A stretch of 64,000 nt of DNA from Gammaproteobacteria bacterium (GCA_047639475.1 JBLIOD010000003.1:25875-89874); one strand, 5' to 3'. Numbered from the stretch's first letter, positions 52,351-61,939 are shown. The notes: generated by a model from the sequence alone, not told the origin. A program made the numbers and translations.

Positions 52351-53523
52351 ATGATAGTCCAAGTAAAGAAGATACTTAAAGATTTAGTTGGCTTTGATAC
52401 CACCAGCCACCTTTCCAACCTTGAACTCATTGCTTACATTCAAGATTATTTAGGCCAGCGGGGCATACTCTCAGAACTGGTTCCTAACGAAGAAGGAACA
52501 AAGGCCAATCTATATGCCACCATAGGCGATGCATCTGTACCAGGGCTAGTCTTGTCAGGCCATACTGATGTAGTGCCTGTTACCGGCCAACCGTGGAGTT
52601 CTGATCCGTTCGAGTTGCTAGAAGTGGACGAGAAATTATACGGCCGCGGCACCTGCGATATGAAAGGCTACATCGCGGTGTGCTTGGCCATGACCGACAC
52701 CTTTATAGCCGCTAAAATGCCGGTGCCTATTCATTATTCTTTTTCTTATGATGAAGAAATTGGCTGTATCGGGGTGCGTGATTTAATTGAAAAACTAGAT
52801 CACCTGTTGGTAAAGCCATTGGGTTGTATTGTCGGCGAGCCCACCAATATGCAGTGCATCGGTGCGCACAAAGGATTATTGCATTCCAAGTGCTCGGTTA
52901 AGGGTTGCCCGGGGCATTCGAGCGCACCGGATAAAGGGGTGAATGCGATTTTTCAGGCAACCAAATTAGTGGCAATGTTACAAGAAATAGGCGACGACAT
53001 TAAGCAAAATGGCCCATTTGATCACCGTTTTGAACCGCCTTACAGCACTGTGCACGTAGGCACTATTTCAGGCGGTGTGGCGCTTAACATTATCCCTCAA
53101 AATTGTGAGTTTGAGTTTGAGTTTAGAAATATTCCTAGCCATGATGTTAGACCGTATTTACAGCAATTAGAAGATCACGCTGAAAAACAGCTATTGCCCG
53201 CGATGCAAAGCGTGTCAACCGACACAGGGTTTAGGTGGGATACGGAAGTGGGGATGGCATTAGATACCCCTGATGATGACGACTTTAGCTTATGGATACG
53301 CCAGATATTGGTTAGTAACCAAGCTTCAAGCGCGGTGAGTTACGGCACTGAGGCTGGCATGTTTTCTGAAATTGGGATTCCGACGGTTGTCTGCGGGCCC
53401 GGGTCGATTGATCAGGCGCATCGACCTAACGAATTTGTCGAAATAAGCGAATTACAAGCCTGCATAGATTTTTTACATCTTTGTATTGCCGATATCGATT
53501 CACAAAACTGGATCAATCAGTGA
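52351..53523 (+). CDS. argE: Acetylornithine deacetylase (M20 peptidase family, ArgE-type)
   Basis: 390 aa. Motifs LSGHTDVVPV and GRGTCDMKG. Confidence 0.8.
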   Translation: MIVQVKKILKDLVGFDTTSHLSNLELIAYIQDYLGQRGILSELVPNEEGTKANLYATIGDASVPGLVLSGHTDVVPVTGQPWSSDPFELLEVDEKLYGRGTCDMKGYIAVCLAMTDTFIAAKMPVPIHYSFSYDEEIGCIGVRDLIEKLDHLLVKPLGCIVGEPTNMQCIGAHKGLLHSKCSVKGCPGHSSAPDKGVNAIFQATKLVAMLQEIGDDIKQNGPFDHRFEPPYSTVHVGTISGGVALNIIPQNCEFEFEFRNIPSHDVRPYLQQLEDHAEKQLLPAMQSVSTDTGFRWDTEVGMALDTPDDDDFSLWIRQILVSNQASSAVSYGTEAGMFSEIGIPTVVCGPGSIDQAHRPNEFVEISELQACIDFLHLCIADIDSQNWINQ

Positions 53524-54785
53524 TTTATCTAGGGCTGGGTTCTAACCTGGGTGACCGCAGGCAGAACCTGCAACAAGCAATCGAGCTTCTAGCCGTAAAA
53601 GGCTTCACCGCAAAGCGATGCTCTCCAATCGTTGAATCCCCTGCTTGGCTAACACCTGAGGCTGACCCAAAATGGAACAAGCCCTATTTGAACTTGGTGC
53701 TGGAAGGTCAAAGCGAGACAACGCCACAAGCGTTATTAAAGCTGATCAAAGAAATTGAGCAGCAATTGGGGCGCAATTTAAACAACCCAAGGTGGTCACC
53801 CCGACCAATTGATATTGATATTTTGGTATGGGAAGATTTGACCCTTAATACTGAAAATTTAACCATTCCGCATATGGCCGCTACACAGCGACCTTTTGTT
53901 ATCACTCCTTTGGTTCATCTGAATCCTGGCTTATTGATCGCGAATAAAACTGTTTATCAACACAGTTTGAAACTCAGGCCGATTCCCTTGTGGATGGGTA
54001 TTGTGAATGTGACGCCCGATTCTTTTTCCGATGGCGGCGCCTCGGATGATGAGCAGGCTCTAGAAAAAAAGCTGAATAATTGGTTAGATGAAGGCATCCA
54101 TGTTCTAGATGTTGGCGCTGAATCAACGCGTCCAAATGCGCAAGCGTTAACACCAGATGAAGAATGGCAGCGCTTGCAGCCCGCTCTGACATTGATTCAA
54201 AAATTGATCAAACCGCTTCATTTTAAACCAATTATTTCAATAGATACCCGTCATGCCGAAGTAGCCGATAAAGCCCTGGGGTATGGCCTGGACTGGTTAA
54301 ATGACGTTACAGGCTTGAATGACAAGAACCTACAAAAACTAACTAAGCAAGAAGGCATACAGGCCGTCGCCATGCATAGCTTAAGTGTGCCAGTGATTCC
54401 CAGCGATGTCTTGGACCCGAAGCAGGACAGTGTCGAGCAAGTAGCGCAGTGGCTTGAGCAAAAGCGTCTACAGTGGTTAGCAGCAGGGCTTGACCTTGGT
54501 AGGATCATATTTGACCCGGGTATTGGCTTTGGCAAAACCAGTTTGCAAAATCAGGCATTGCTCAAGAGCTGCGCGGCTTTACGAAGCCTGGGTTTTCGGC
54601 TAATGATGGGCCATTCTAGAAAGTCCTTTATGAATGAATTGACCAAAACAGCTTATGGCAACCGAGATATCGAAACGCTGGGTGTGAGCATGGCTTTGTG
54701 CCAGCAAGGAGTAGACGTTATTCGAGTGCACGAACCGATCAGTCATATGCGAGCTTATCGGGCTTGGACGCATATTCAAAACTAG
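53520..54785 (+). CDS. Bifunctional HPPK (FolK) - dihydropteroate synthase (FolP) fusion
   Basis: The N-terminal half has IYLGLGSNLGDR and RWSPRPIDIDIL (HPPK). The C-terminal half has MGIVNVTPDSFSDGG, DVGAESTRP, DPGIGFGK and GHSRKSF (DHPS). The start is either GTG 53520, overlapping the argE stop, or TTG 53481. Confidence 0.85.
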   Translation: MIYLGLGSNLGDRRQNLQQAIELLAVKGFTAKRCSPIVESPAWLTPEADPKWNKPYLNLVLEGQSETTPQALLKLIKEIEQQLGRNLNNPRWSPRPIDIDILVWEDLTLNTENLTIPHMAATQRPFVITPLVHLNPGLLIANKTVYQHSLKLRPIPLWMGIVNVTPDSFSDGGASDDEQALEKKLNNWLDEGIHVLDVGAESTRPNAQALTPDEEWQRLQPALTLIQKLIKPLHFKPIISIDTRHAEVADKALGYGLDWLNDVTGLNDKNLQKLTKQEGIQAVAMHSLSVPVIPSDVLDPKQDSVEQVAQWLEQKRLQWLAAGLDLGRIIFDPGIGFGKTSLQNQALLKSCAALRSLGFRLMMGHSRKSFMNELTKTAYGNRDIETLGVSMALCQQGVDVIRVHEPISHMRAYRAWTHIQN

Positions 54786-54789
54786 CGCG

Positions 54790-55602
54790 TTGACTAATAT
54801 CGCGCAAACAGTCGACATTCATCGTTTATATGAAGCAGCGGTGCAATGTGTTGAAGCGGAAATCGATATGGTGGATGCCACTTACAAAAGCATCCGCGGG
54901 TATCACGCAGATTACTTGAGAGAAGATTTTTGCGGTACGGCACAAACCAGCGTGGAATGGATCAATCGACGTTCGGGTAATCTGGCGCTTGGTGTAGACA
55001 TAGATTCGCAGGTATTAGCCTGGTCGCAAGCCAATCATCTTGAATCTCTATCTGAAGCAGAGCGTGCACGTATTCAACTACTTTGCGAAGATGTGAACAC
55101 CGTTGAACTGGAGCCGGCGCAAATCATACTGGCGATGAATTTCAGTTACCAACTATTTGATACACGGGAGTCCTTAAGAACCTATTTTAAAAACGTACGC
55201 CAATCATCAAGTGATGACGGCGTGTTTTTTTTGGACGCTTACGGCGGTTACGAATCTTACAAAGAGGTTACTGAAGAAACTCAGTGTGAATTCGAGGGAC
55301 ACCCGTTTACGTATGTCTGGGAACAAGCCAGCTACAATCCCATCACTGGTGCGATGCATTGTTACATTCATTTTTCTTTCGAAGATGGTTCTAAAATTAA
55401 TAGAGCCTTTAGCTACGCCTGGCGATTGTGGACCTTGCCAGAGTTACAAGAGTTGTTACTAGAGGCTGGTTTTCAGCATGTAAAAGTGTACTGGGAAGGA
55501 ACGGATACCGAAACAGGTGAGGGTAACGGCCTTTACCAAGAGAGCATTAAGGGTGATGCAGATGCCTCATGGATTTGCTATCTTAGCGCCCACAACAACT
55601 AA
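54790..55602 (+). CDS. Class I SAM-dependent methyltransferase-like protein
   Basis: 270 aa. LREDFCGTAQTSVEW...ALGVDIDSQVLAW looks like a motif I / post-I pattern. TTG start. Confidence 0.55.
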   Translation: MTNIAQTVDIHRLYEAAVQCVEAEIDMVDATYKSIRGYHADYLREDFCGTAQTSVEWINRRSGNLALGVDIDSQVLAWSQANHLESLSEAERARIQLLCEDVNTVELEPAQIILAMNFSYQLFDTRESLRTYFKNVRQSSSDDGVFFLDAYGGYESYKEVTEETQCEFEGHPFTYVWEQASYNPITGAMHCYIHFSFEDGSKINRAFSYAWRLWTLPELQELLLEAGFQHVKVYWEGTDTETGEGNGLYQESIKGDADASWICYLSAHNN

Positions 55603-55612
55603 ATTTGATACG

Positions 55613-55978
55613 ATGCCCAAACCAGGAAAAAAAGGTCTACCTAGAATTATCGATGCTGCAGGTTATTCGTGGCAAGGCTTAAAATATGCCTATACCAACG
55701 AAGCCGCGTTTCGCGAAGAGTGTTGGCTGTTGCCGTTCATTATTGTTGCCGCTTTTTGGCTAGGAGATTCAGCTGAACAGGTAGTGCTTTTACTCATCCC
55801 AACTTTTTTAGTGCTGATTACAGAACTTCTGAATTCAGGTATTGAAGCCGTGGTTGACCGAATTAGTGATGAAGTGCACCCCTTAAGCGGCGCCGCGAAA
55901 GATATGGGATCAGCCGCCGTCTTTATGGCAATGATGCTGTTTTTGGTAATATGGGTGGGTGTTATTTTCTTTGGCTAA
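55613..55978 (+). CDS. dgkA: Diacylglycerol kinase
   Basis: 121 aa. RIIDAAGYSWQGLKYAYTNEAAFREE...ELLNSGIEAVVDRIS...SGAAKDMGSAAV is closely collinear with E. coli DgkA. I take the start at ATG 55613 rather than the ORF-track start at 55517. Confidence 0.93.
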   Translation: MPKPGKKGLPRIIDAAGYSWQGLKYAYTNEAAFREECWLLPFIIVAAFWLGDSAEQVVLLLIPTFLVLITELLNSGIEAVVDRISDEVHPLSGAAKDMGSAAVFMAMMLFLVIWVGVIFFG

Positions 55979-55987
55979 GGTTTAGCG

Positions 55988-56020
55988 AAAGCGGCCGACT
56001 GACTTCAGCACAGCCGCTTT
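55988..56020. terminator. Hairpin in the convergent gap dgkA / thioredoxin
   Basis: aaagcggc (55988-55995) pairs with gccgcttt (56013-56020) across a 17-nt loop. The flanking U-runs are weak. Confidence 0.4.
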
Positions 56021-56026
56021 CAATAA

Positions 56027-56416
56027 TTAAGCCGTGCCTGTGGCTTTCTCAGCTTCTTCTTTAGCTGCAATTTCCTCACGTACCATTTTCATGTCCAACT
56101 CATTCGCGTTGGTTAGTAGTTCATCTAAACCCGACGCAGGCATGGCGCCAGCTTGAGAAAACACCACTATCTGCTCTTTAAACACCATCAAAGTAGGAAT
56201 TGAGCGAATCTGAAACATACCGCCGAGTGCTTGTTCGTCTTCAGTATTCACCTTGGCGAAAACGATACCCTTATTCTTTTCAGCCGCGGTTTCAAAAGTA
56301 GGTGCGAATGATTTACAAGGACCGCACCAAGGCGCCCAAAAATCAACGATTACAATATCGTTTCCATCAATGATTTCTGAAAAATTTTCTTTAGTTAATT
56401 CAACGACTTTGCTCAT
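56027..56416 (-). CDS. Thioredoxin with a C-terminal helical extension
   Basis: 129 aa with active site WAPWCGPCK. Confidence 0.9.
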   Translation of the reverse strand: MSKVVELTKENFSEIIDGNDIVIVDFWAPWCGPCKSFAPTFETAAEKNKGIVFAKVNTEDEQALGGMFQIRSIPTLMVFKEQIVVFSQAGAMPASGLDELLTNANELDMKMVREEIAAKEEAEKATGTA

Positions 56417-56566
56417 GGCTACGGCCCGATTAATATTAATTGAATCTCTTAGATGCGGTGTTAGGAAAAAAATTCAAGTTTAATTTCTGTGCTAAAAATA
56501 AGTTTGGGTGGCTTTTCACTTCCGCTGAAATTACTATCGGTTATAGATACTTTTATTTTTAAGACC

Positions 56567-57379
56567 ATGACAGAAGAGCAACGCCCGATCGACGACTATA
56601 TGATCACTGAAGAGCCGTTTTATGCAGCTCAAGGAAATGAAGTCGAGTTATATGAAGCAGCGTATAAAAATGGCATACCTATATTGCTAAAAGGCCCGAC
56701 TGGCTGTGGTAAGACACGTTTTATGGAACATATGGCCTGGCGTTTAAAGAGACCTCTTATCACGGTTTCTTGTCATGATGACCTAACTTCTTCTGATTTG
56801 GTGGGTCGTTACCTAATCATCGGCGGTGAAACCCGTTGGACGGATGGCCCGCTCGCCCGGGCAGTGCGCAATGGCGGCATTTGTTATTTAGATGAGGTGG
56901 TTGAGGCGCGTAAAGACACCACTGTGGTAATTCATCCGTTGGCAGATGATCGACGGGTATTGCCGATAGAAAAGACCGGCGAGTTATTACAAGCAACTGA
57001 TGAGTTTTGTTTAGCTATATCCTATAACCCTGGTTATCAGAGTGTGCTCAAAGATCTCAAGCAAAGTACTCGTCAGCGCTTTATCGCTATTGAATTTGAT
57101 TACCCGGATGCGGCGCTAGAGCAAAGTATCGTTGAAAGAGAAACGGGTGTTAATAGCGATATTGCAAAGCAGTTGGTGAAGTTTGCCAAAATGACGCGTA
57201 ACTTGAAAGGCAGTGGGTTAGATGAAGGGGCCAGTACACGTCTGTTAGTGCACGCAGCTAAGTTGATAGAAAGCGGTATCGATCCTGTTACCGCTTGCCA
57301 AGGCGCGATCACCCAAGCCTTAACTGACGACCCAGAAATGTTACAAGCTGTGAACGAATTGAGTGCTTCATTGTTCTAA
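56567..57379 (+). CDS. AAA+ ATPase of the CbbQ/NirQ/NorQ/GpvN (MoxR-class) family
   Basis: LLKGPTGCGKTRFMEHMA (Walker A), ICYLDEVVEARKDT (Walker B) and SYNPGYQSVLKDLKQSTRQRF. I take the start at ATG 56567 (MTEEQRP...). Confidence 0.88.
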   Translation: MTEEQRPIDDYMITEEPFYAAQGNEVELYEAAYKNGIPILLKGPTGCGKTRFMEHMAWRLKRPLITVSCHDDLTSSDLVGRYLIIGGETRWTDGPLARAVRNGGICYLDEVVEARKDTTVVIHPLADDRRVLPIEKTGELLQATDEFCLAISYNPGYQSVLKDLKQSTRQRFIAIEFDYPDAALEQSIVERETGVNSDIAKQLVKFAKMTRNLKGSGLDEGASTRLLVHAAKLIESGIDPVTACQGAITQALTDDPEMLQAVNELSASLF

Positions 57380-57393
57380 ACAGATATCCCAGG

Positions 57394-57639
57394 ATGACTA
57401 AGAAAACACTTGCTGCTTATGAGCAAGAACTGAAATGGCTAGCTTTGGTTTTAGGAATATTGAGTACCATCGCCATTGTGCAAGATTGGTATCCGTGGAC
57501 CATGTTTATTAGTTTGCCGTTCTGTCTAATATGGATTTACTGTGCGTGGCTACATACAGAGCGACAACTTAAGTACATAAACATAGTTTTTGCAGTACTT
57601 TATATTTATGGTATCGGACGTTACCTGATCAACGTTTAG
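57394..57639 (+). CDS. Small three-TM membrane protein, unknown function
   Basis: 81 aa with three hydrophobic segments. Begins 14 nt after the ATPase gene. Confidence 0.5.
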   Translation: MTKKTLAAYEQELKWLALVLGILSTIAIVQDWYPWTMFISLPFCLIWIYCAWLHTERQLKYINIVFAVLYIYGIGRYLINV

Positions 57640-57657
57640 GGCATTGAACGGCTAATC

Positions 57658-57831
57658 GTGCAAATAAACAAACTGACGTGGCAGGGCGTTTTGCCGATAC
57701 GTCACCAAGTATTGTGGCCAGCAGAAGTGCCTGAATTTTGCAAGGTGACAGGTGATGAAGCAGCGATACATTATGGCGTTTTTATGGGGGAATTGCTCGG
57801 GTATAGGAAGCATAAACCCCTATTCCTCTAA
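57658..57831 (+). pseudogene. N-terminal fragment of a GNAT-family acetyltransferase
   Basis: 57-codon ORF, below the ORF-track cutoff: VQINKLTWQGVLPIRHQVLWPAEVPEFCKVTGDEAAIHYGVFMGELLG... It matches the R-x-x-VLWP...D...A-x-H-x-G N-terminal GNAT pattern. It then diverges and stops before the acetyl-CoA-binding motifs. Confidence 0.45.
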
Positions 57832-57951
57832 ATCAATAAGTATCAGCCAGCCCAAAAACCTCATCACTTCCTTTGAAAATAGCCTCAACTGGGCGAAATC
57901 TACTGCCTCTGCGAGCAGTAAAGATGGAATACAGTCTGGTTTACACTTTAT

Positions 57952-58215
57952 TTAGCAATTTTCTGCTCTGCGAATGAACAAGGCCCTGCGGTAGTACCCA
58001 TTCTCCTTGGGGATATCAAATGTATGAAATGGGGTGGGGTTAAGAGACCATGAATCAGTCAAGTTATCGTAAACCCCGACGCGCAATTGGCCCGTGATGC
58101 GCTCGCTGACGAACATTCTGCCGTCAGGTGAAAATGCGAGGCCATCTGGATCAGATAAGCCATTGATCACTTCAACGTTGTCGAAGTTGGGGGTAAGGTG
58201 TAGGATTGTGCACTT
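57952..58215 (-). pseudogene. Fragment of a PQQ-dependent sugar (glucose/sorbosone) dehydrogenase-like gene
   Basis: ...FDNVEVINGLSDPDGLAFSPDGRMFVSERITGQLRV... matches the first beta-propeller blades of the YliI/SGDH family. The frame then ends after about 70 codons, whereas the family is about 370 aa. Confidence 0.4.
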
Positions 58216-58526
58216 GACATGGATGCTACTAACCCAAGTAGTATCCAGAGCTTGAATAAGATAAATCTTGAATGGCAGAACCGCATTGTTTGGCTAGTTC
58301 GTCGGATTAATGACTTATTTGATGTGCGTAGAGTAGGTGTATTAGCCGTTAGACGCTTTAATTGCTGCGGATCAAGTTGATGGCGGAACTTACGGAGTGT
58401 TAAAAATCGAAAAGCATGCCGCTTGTTTTCGCTCTTGATAAGGAAGCAGGCGGTTCAGCGCGCAAGCGAAAAATAGTGGATCTCGCTATAGTAATAAGTA
58501 GATAACCAAGTTAAGCGGAGGCTAGA

Positions 58527-58853
58527 ATGAGTGGAGATATGGCGAATGCTGAGTTAGGCATTTCAATGGTGGACGCCACGGGCGCAAAGTCTAGAATGGG
58601 CGCCTCAAATGATTTAGCCAATCAACAACAATGGAGCTTGGGCTATTTAAATGAGCGTATTGTAGGCATGTTGGCGGCTTTAGCTGTTTCAACTATCGTG
58701 ATCGTTTGGGTAGTCGATACGCCAGCCATTTTTCGCTATAGCGTGACTATCACAGTCACTCTATTAGTCGCGGCGGTTGTGGCAGGCTTGCTTCGGGGCA
58801 AAGCCAAATTAGCGGCACTGCGACAGCAACAAATGAAAGCGCACCCGACCTAA
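58527..58853 (+). CDS. Hypothetical membrane protein
   Basis: 108 aa with two hydrophobic segments (MLAALAVSTIVIVWVV and VTITVTLLVAAVVAGLL). I recognise no family. Confidence 0.4.
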   Translation: MSGDMANAELGISMVDATGAKSRMGASNDLANQQQWSLGYLNERIVGMLAALAVSTIVIVWVVDTPAIFRYSVTITVTLLVAAVVAGLLRGKAKLAALRQQQMKAHPT

Positions 58854-58869
58854 CATTCTCTATAGTTTC

Positions 58870-59955
58870 TTAGCCGTTCTTCTGCATAAAGGCTTGCATA
58901 AAGTTTACTAGGCTCTCTACGCCTTCGGTGGGCATCGAATTATAGATGCTGGCGCGTATGCCTCCTAATACTCGGTGACCACGTAAATACGGCATGCCTT
59001 GCTTTGCAGCTTGAGTATGGAATTCAGTTTCTAATTCAGGGGTAGGTAAATTAAAAACCACGTTCATGGTTGATCTGTTTTCGATCGCTGCAGGGCAAGT
59101 ATAAAAACCATCACTTGAATCAATGTTCGAGTAAATCAGACTTGAACGATGTATGGCAGCGTGCTCCATTGCCTTAACACCACCGCGTTGCTCCACCCAT
59201 TTAAGCACTTTGCCCATGACCCAAATAGAAAACGTACTGGGCGTATTAAAGAGTGATTGTGTGTTTTGGTGAATGTCGTAGCGTAAGTAACGGGGCAGAT
59301 CGATTCGGGTATTTTCTAGAATAGATTTTCGGATAAATACCACGGCTACGCCAGAAGGGCCTAAATTCTTTTGAGCGCCGCCATAAACGATGTCAAATAA
59401 TTGCCAAGGGATTTCGCGCGCTATCATTTCTGATGACATATCCGCTACCAACGGCACACCGACATCGGGAAATTCCGCGTAACGGACGCCGCTGATAGTT
59501 TCGTTGGGGGTGATGTGTAAATAGCGGGTGTTATCTTGTAGTTTGATTTCATGGCTGCGTGGCATGCGCATGAAATTATCCGCTTCACCGTTCCATGCTT
59601 CATAGACAGAGCCGACAGTGTGGGCATCGGCAATCGCGCCTTTGGCCCAGTGGCCGCTATTAATATAAGCCGCTTTATTTTTAGCATTGAGCAAGTTCAT
59701 CGGAACAAATGCAAACTGCCCCGTAGCACCGCCTTGAATAAACAGTACGTCAAAGTCATCAGGCGTATTCCATACGCGCAATGCCGTCTCTCGTGCTTCG
59801 TGATGTAAAGGCTCATACAAAGACCCTCGATGACTGACTTCAATCAATGAGGCGCCTTGGCCTTGAAAATCAAGTAATTCAGCCTGAACCTCTTCAAGTA
59901 CCGATTGCGGTAGCGTGCAGGGGCCCGCACTAAAATTATAAACCCGGTTTGTCAA
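58870..59955 (-). CDS. serC: Phosphoserine aminotransferase
   Basis: 361 aa. N-terminal YNFSAGPCTLPQSVLEE and GGAQKNLGPSGVAVVFIRK (PLP Lys region), collinear with E. coli SerC. Confidence 0.9.
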   Translation of the reverse strand: MTNRVYNFSAGPCTLPQSVLEEVQAELLDFQGQGASLIEVSHRGSLYEPLHHEARETALRVWNTPDDFDVLFIQGGATGQFAFVPMNLLNAKNKAAYINSGHWAKGAIADAHTVGSVYEAWNGEADNFMRMPRSHEIKLQDNTRYLHITPNETISGVRYAEFPDVGVPLVADMSSEMIAREIPWQLFDIVYGGAQKNLGPSGVAVVFIRKSILENTRIDLPRYLRYDIHQNTQSLFNTPSTFSIWVMGKVLKWVEQRGGVKAMEHAAIHRSSLIYSNIDSSDGFYTCPAAIENRSTMNVVFNLPTPELETEFHTQAAKQGMPYLRGHRVLGGIRASIYNSMPTEGVESLVNFMQAFMQKNG

Positions 59956-59998
59956 TGCTTAGCAGGGGGTGTGGGTGCAATATGCTGGCGTAACAGCG

Positions 59999-60739
59999 CT
60001 ACTTACGTAGGCGAATAACCTTTGCAGGAGCGCCGACCGCGACCGCATATTCCGGAATATCCTTTGTGACGATTGAACCAGCGCCAATAACAGCGCCGTG
60101 GCCGATATTGATACCGTCAAGTACGATGACGTGAGCGCCTAGCCAGACATCGTCACCAATGCTGACCCCTTGGGTTGGCACCATGGCTTGTTCGGTGATG
60201 GGTATTTCAGTGTCATCAAAGCTGTGCATTTGTCCACCAATATAACAGTGGCCGCCAAATAAGCAGTGCTTGCCGATGGTGAGTTTGCTGGCTGTGCCGA
60301 TGTGACAATCAGGGCCTATATTGCTGCTTTCGCCAATCGAAATAGTGCCGCTACGAGAGCGTAAACGTACGTTTGGACCAATCAGCGTTTTATCCGCAAT
60401 GTGGATGCCGTCATCGTTTTCACCGCGAGCAGAAAATTGCACGTAATCATCAAAAACACAGTTTGAGCCAATCGACACTCTACCGGGATTTCTTAGGTCA
60501 ATATGGTGACCAAAAATCACTTTCTTGCCCACAGATTTAAATACCATTGGAAAAAATACTTTTCGCAATGCCAGTCCTAACGCACCCTGGATGGGACTGA
60601 GGAAAGTCACGCAGAACTCGTAAGCGATTAGGCTGAGCCAGCTACGGTTGCCGATTTGAATATCTTGGTATTTTGATAAAAAGCCACGGCTTTCATCTTC
60701 CATGATGTTAGAAAATCGATGGTGATCGGTGCTGCCCAT
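59999..60739 (-). CDS. Hexapeptide-repeat (left-handed beta-helix) acyltransferase with an N-terminal hydrophobic segment
   Basis: 246 aa with repeated [LIV]-G-x4 hexapeptides (IGDDVWLGAHVIVLDGINIGHGAVIGAGSIV). Confidence 0.8.
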   Translation of the reverse strand: MGSTDHHRFSNIMEDESRGFLSKYQDIQIGNRSWLSLIAYEFCVTFLSPIQGALGLALRKVFFPMVFKSVGKKVIFGHHIDLRNPGRVSIGSNCVFDDYVQFSARGENDDGIHIADKTLIGPNVRLRSRSGTISIGESSNIGPDCHIGTASKLTIGKHCLFGGHCYIGGQMHSFDDTEIPITEQAMVPTQGVSIGDDVWLGAHVIVLDGINIGHGAVIGAGSIVTKDIPEYAVAVGAPAKVIRLRK

Positions 60740-60805
60740 GAGGTCTAAAGTCGGTTTATAGGTGAATTACAATTATAGTTGAATGAACGGGACTACTCAA
60801 AGTTG

Positions 60806-61831
60806 CTAGCTGATTAGGTTTTGCTCTTTGTACCATGCGGCCGTTTCAGCTAAGCCTGTTTCGTTATCATGAATAAATTCATAGTCCAGCAAGTTGCGTA
60901 CTTTTGAATTATCAAATTGCCGATCTTTGGTGTAAAAGCCCACTCTGCGTCGATATATCGGTGGCTGAATGCCCAATGGCGTGCAGATGGTTTTTGAGAT
61001 GTCCGCGGCCAAGAAAAATGGCCAAATAGGCAAACGAATAGTGCGCGGCTTTTTGCCAATAGCGCGGCCGATTGATTTGCCCATTTCTATGATTGAAATA
61101 GGCTCATCGCCTGCGGCAATAAAAATCTCAGAAGCCGCTTTGTCAACCGTAGCTGCAAGCATGAAAACATGTACTAAATCTTCAACATGAACCAAATGGT
61201 ACATGCCTTTACCGCCGCCCAGCATCAAGGTGAAACCGCGATCTGCCATTTTGAAAAACTTGAGTAAACGCTTGTCACCTGGGCCATAAATTGGGGCTGG
61301 GCGCACTATGGCATAAGGGAAGTTATTCTCCGCGGCATACTCAGCGAGCCACAGTTCGCCTTCCAGTTTGGTACGCTGGTAACCATCACCAGGTGCAAAT
61401 CGATAGTTCTCATCAGCGCGGTCGATTTCTATATGGCCGTGAACGCCGACGGTTGAAACGTGTAAAAAACGTTTAAAGTCTTTGCGCCCTAAAAGTAACT
61501 TGGCAAGAATTTGCGTGCTGTATACATGTACTTTTCGGTAGTCTTCGTCGGTCGCCTTTTCTTCATTAAATGCTGCCGCAACGTGAAATACATAATTCAC
61601 GCCTTTTGCTGCTTTCGTCAATGTGGCTTCATCGTAAACTTCGCCGCGAACCCATGTTATGGGTAAATCGTCTAACGCACTGATGTCTGACGATTCGCGT
61701 GCCACGCACACCAATTTTGCGCCAGCACTGGCCAGTTTTCGGCAAAGAGTTTGCCCCGTAAAACCCGTTGCACCAGTGACTAAAATCGTTTCTCCGCTAA
61801 GTTTTTGTAACACCGCTTCCACGTTGATCAA
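60806..61831 (-). CDS. NAD-dependent epimerase/dehydratase (extended SDR family)
   Basis: 341 aa with ILVTGATGFTGQTLCRKL (Rossmann fold) and a YQRTK catalytic Y-x3-K. Confidence 0.85.
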   Translation of the reverse strand: MINVEAVLQKLSGETILVTGATGFTGQTLCRKLASAGAKLVCVARESSDISALDDLPITWVRGEVYDEATLTKAAKGVNYVFHVAAAFNEEKATDEDYRKVHVYSTQILAKLLLGRKDFKRFLHVSTVGVHGHIEIDRADENYRFAPGDGYQRTKLEGELWLAEYAAENNFPYAIVRPAPIYGPGDKRLLKFFKMADRGFTLMLGGGKGMYHLVHVEDLVHVFMLAATVDKAASEIFIAAGDEPISIIEMGKSIGRAIGKKPRTIRLPIWPFFLAADISKTICTPLGIQPPIYRRRVGFYTKDRQFDNSKVRNLLDYEFIHDNETGLAETAAWYKEQNLIS

Positions 61832-61939
61832 CCCTGTATTGTTAAGTAGGCGAATTTTACACTAATAGACAAGTCGACCCTGCAATAAAACAGCGCTTTA
61901 AAGCCGCATTAGCATTGGGTTATTGGTTACAATGTTGCT

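Noticed and set aside
58870-61831. The SDR epimerase/dehydratase, LbH acyltransferase and aminotransferase trio resembles amino-sugar pathways (PglF/PglD/PglE-like logic)
   Set aside because: The aminotransferase is a canonical SerC (NFSAGP N-terminus, SerC-type PLP region), not a DegT/DnrJ/EryC1 enzyme. The gaps of 43-66 nt allow separate promoters. No glycosyltransferase or flippase is adjacent. This is probably coincidental adjacency.
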